From contig NC_092680.1 of NCBI RefSeq assembly GCF_964355755.1, positions 14,455,045-14,519,044 on the forward strand: a stretch of 64,000 nt of DNA, read 5' to 3'. The notes below the pieces were generated by a model that ran no database searches, was not told where the DNA came from, and saw nothing but the letters and a program-made list of their open reading frames with translations. How positions within the stretch are numbered: the stretch's first letter is position 1; each line of letters starts with the position of its first letter. A program made the position numbers and the translations under genes. The stretch is from Antedon mediterranea. Taxonomy: Eukaryota; Animalia; Echinodermata. Shown piece by piece: positions 63,804-64,000 of the stretch.

Positions 63804-64000
63804 GTATGGATCTTCTATACTTTATGTAAAATACTGTATTTCCGTTAAATTCATTGTTTTTTGTTTGGAATTGCAAATATTTTTAAAAGCTGACGTAATG
63901 CTGATTTTTTAAATTACATTGTATTGGTGGTACACACAGAGCCGCTCGGTAGACCCTAGCAACAATTATACTTTTGGAGGTATGGATCTTCTATACTTTA

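Overview
AT-rich, intron-rich, repeat-dense animal DNA, probably from a marine invertebrate; abundant TAGGCCTA words and Deu-like SINE remnants suggest an echinoderm, but that is inference only. Four spliced host genes can be rebuilt by hand from GT-AG junctions: (1) a 3-exon GPI-anchored Ly6/uPAR protein (+, 5840-11683); (2) a 9-exon SLC17/sialin-like transporter (-, 20468-14616); (3) an 8-exon gene (+, 33534-48295) in which an intact pogo-transposase-type DNA-binding exon (Brinker-like HTH plus CENP-B/Tc5 HTH, no DDE domain) splices in frame onto a complete 6-pyruvoyl-tetrahydropterin synthase (PTS); (4) the 5' part of a MAM-domain protein (+, from 59349 past the window end). The rest is nested, mostly decayed transposons: CR1/L2/Rex1 and Tx1 LINEs, Helitron/Helentron-like elements, TTAA-flanked TIR elements, foldback elements and MITEs. 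The top finding is the predicted transposase-DBD::PTS fusion. Next are two 31-40 bp hairpins with 7-bp target duplications that resemble P-element excision footprints, and elements with terminal hairpins. Exon models and family calls come from manual reading with no database search, and TE boundaries are approximate unless a TSD is quoted.
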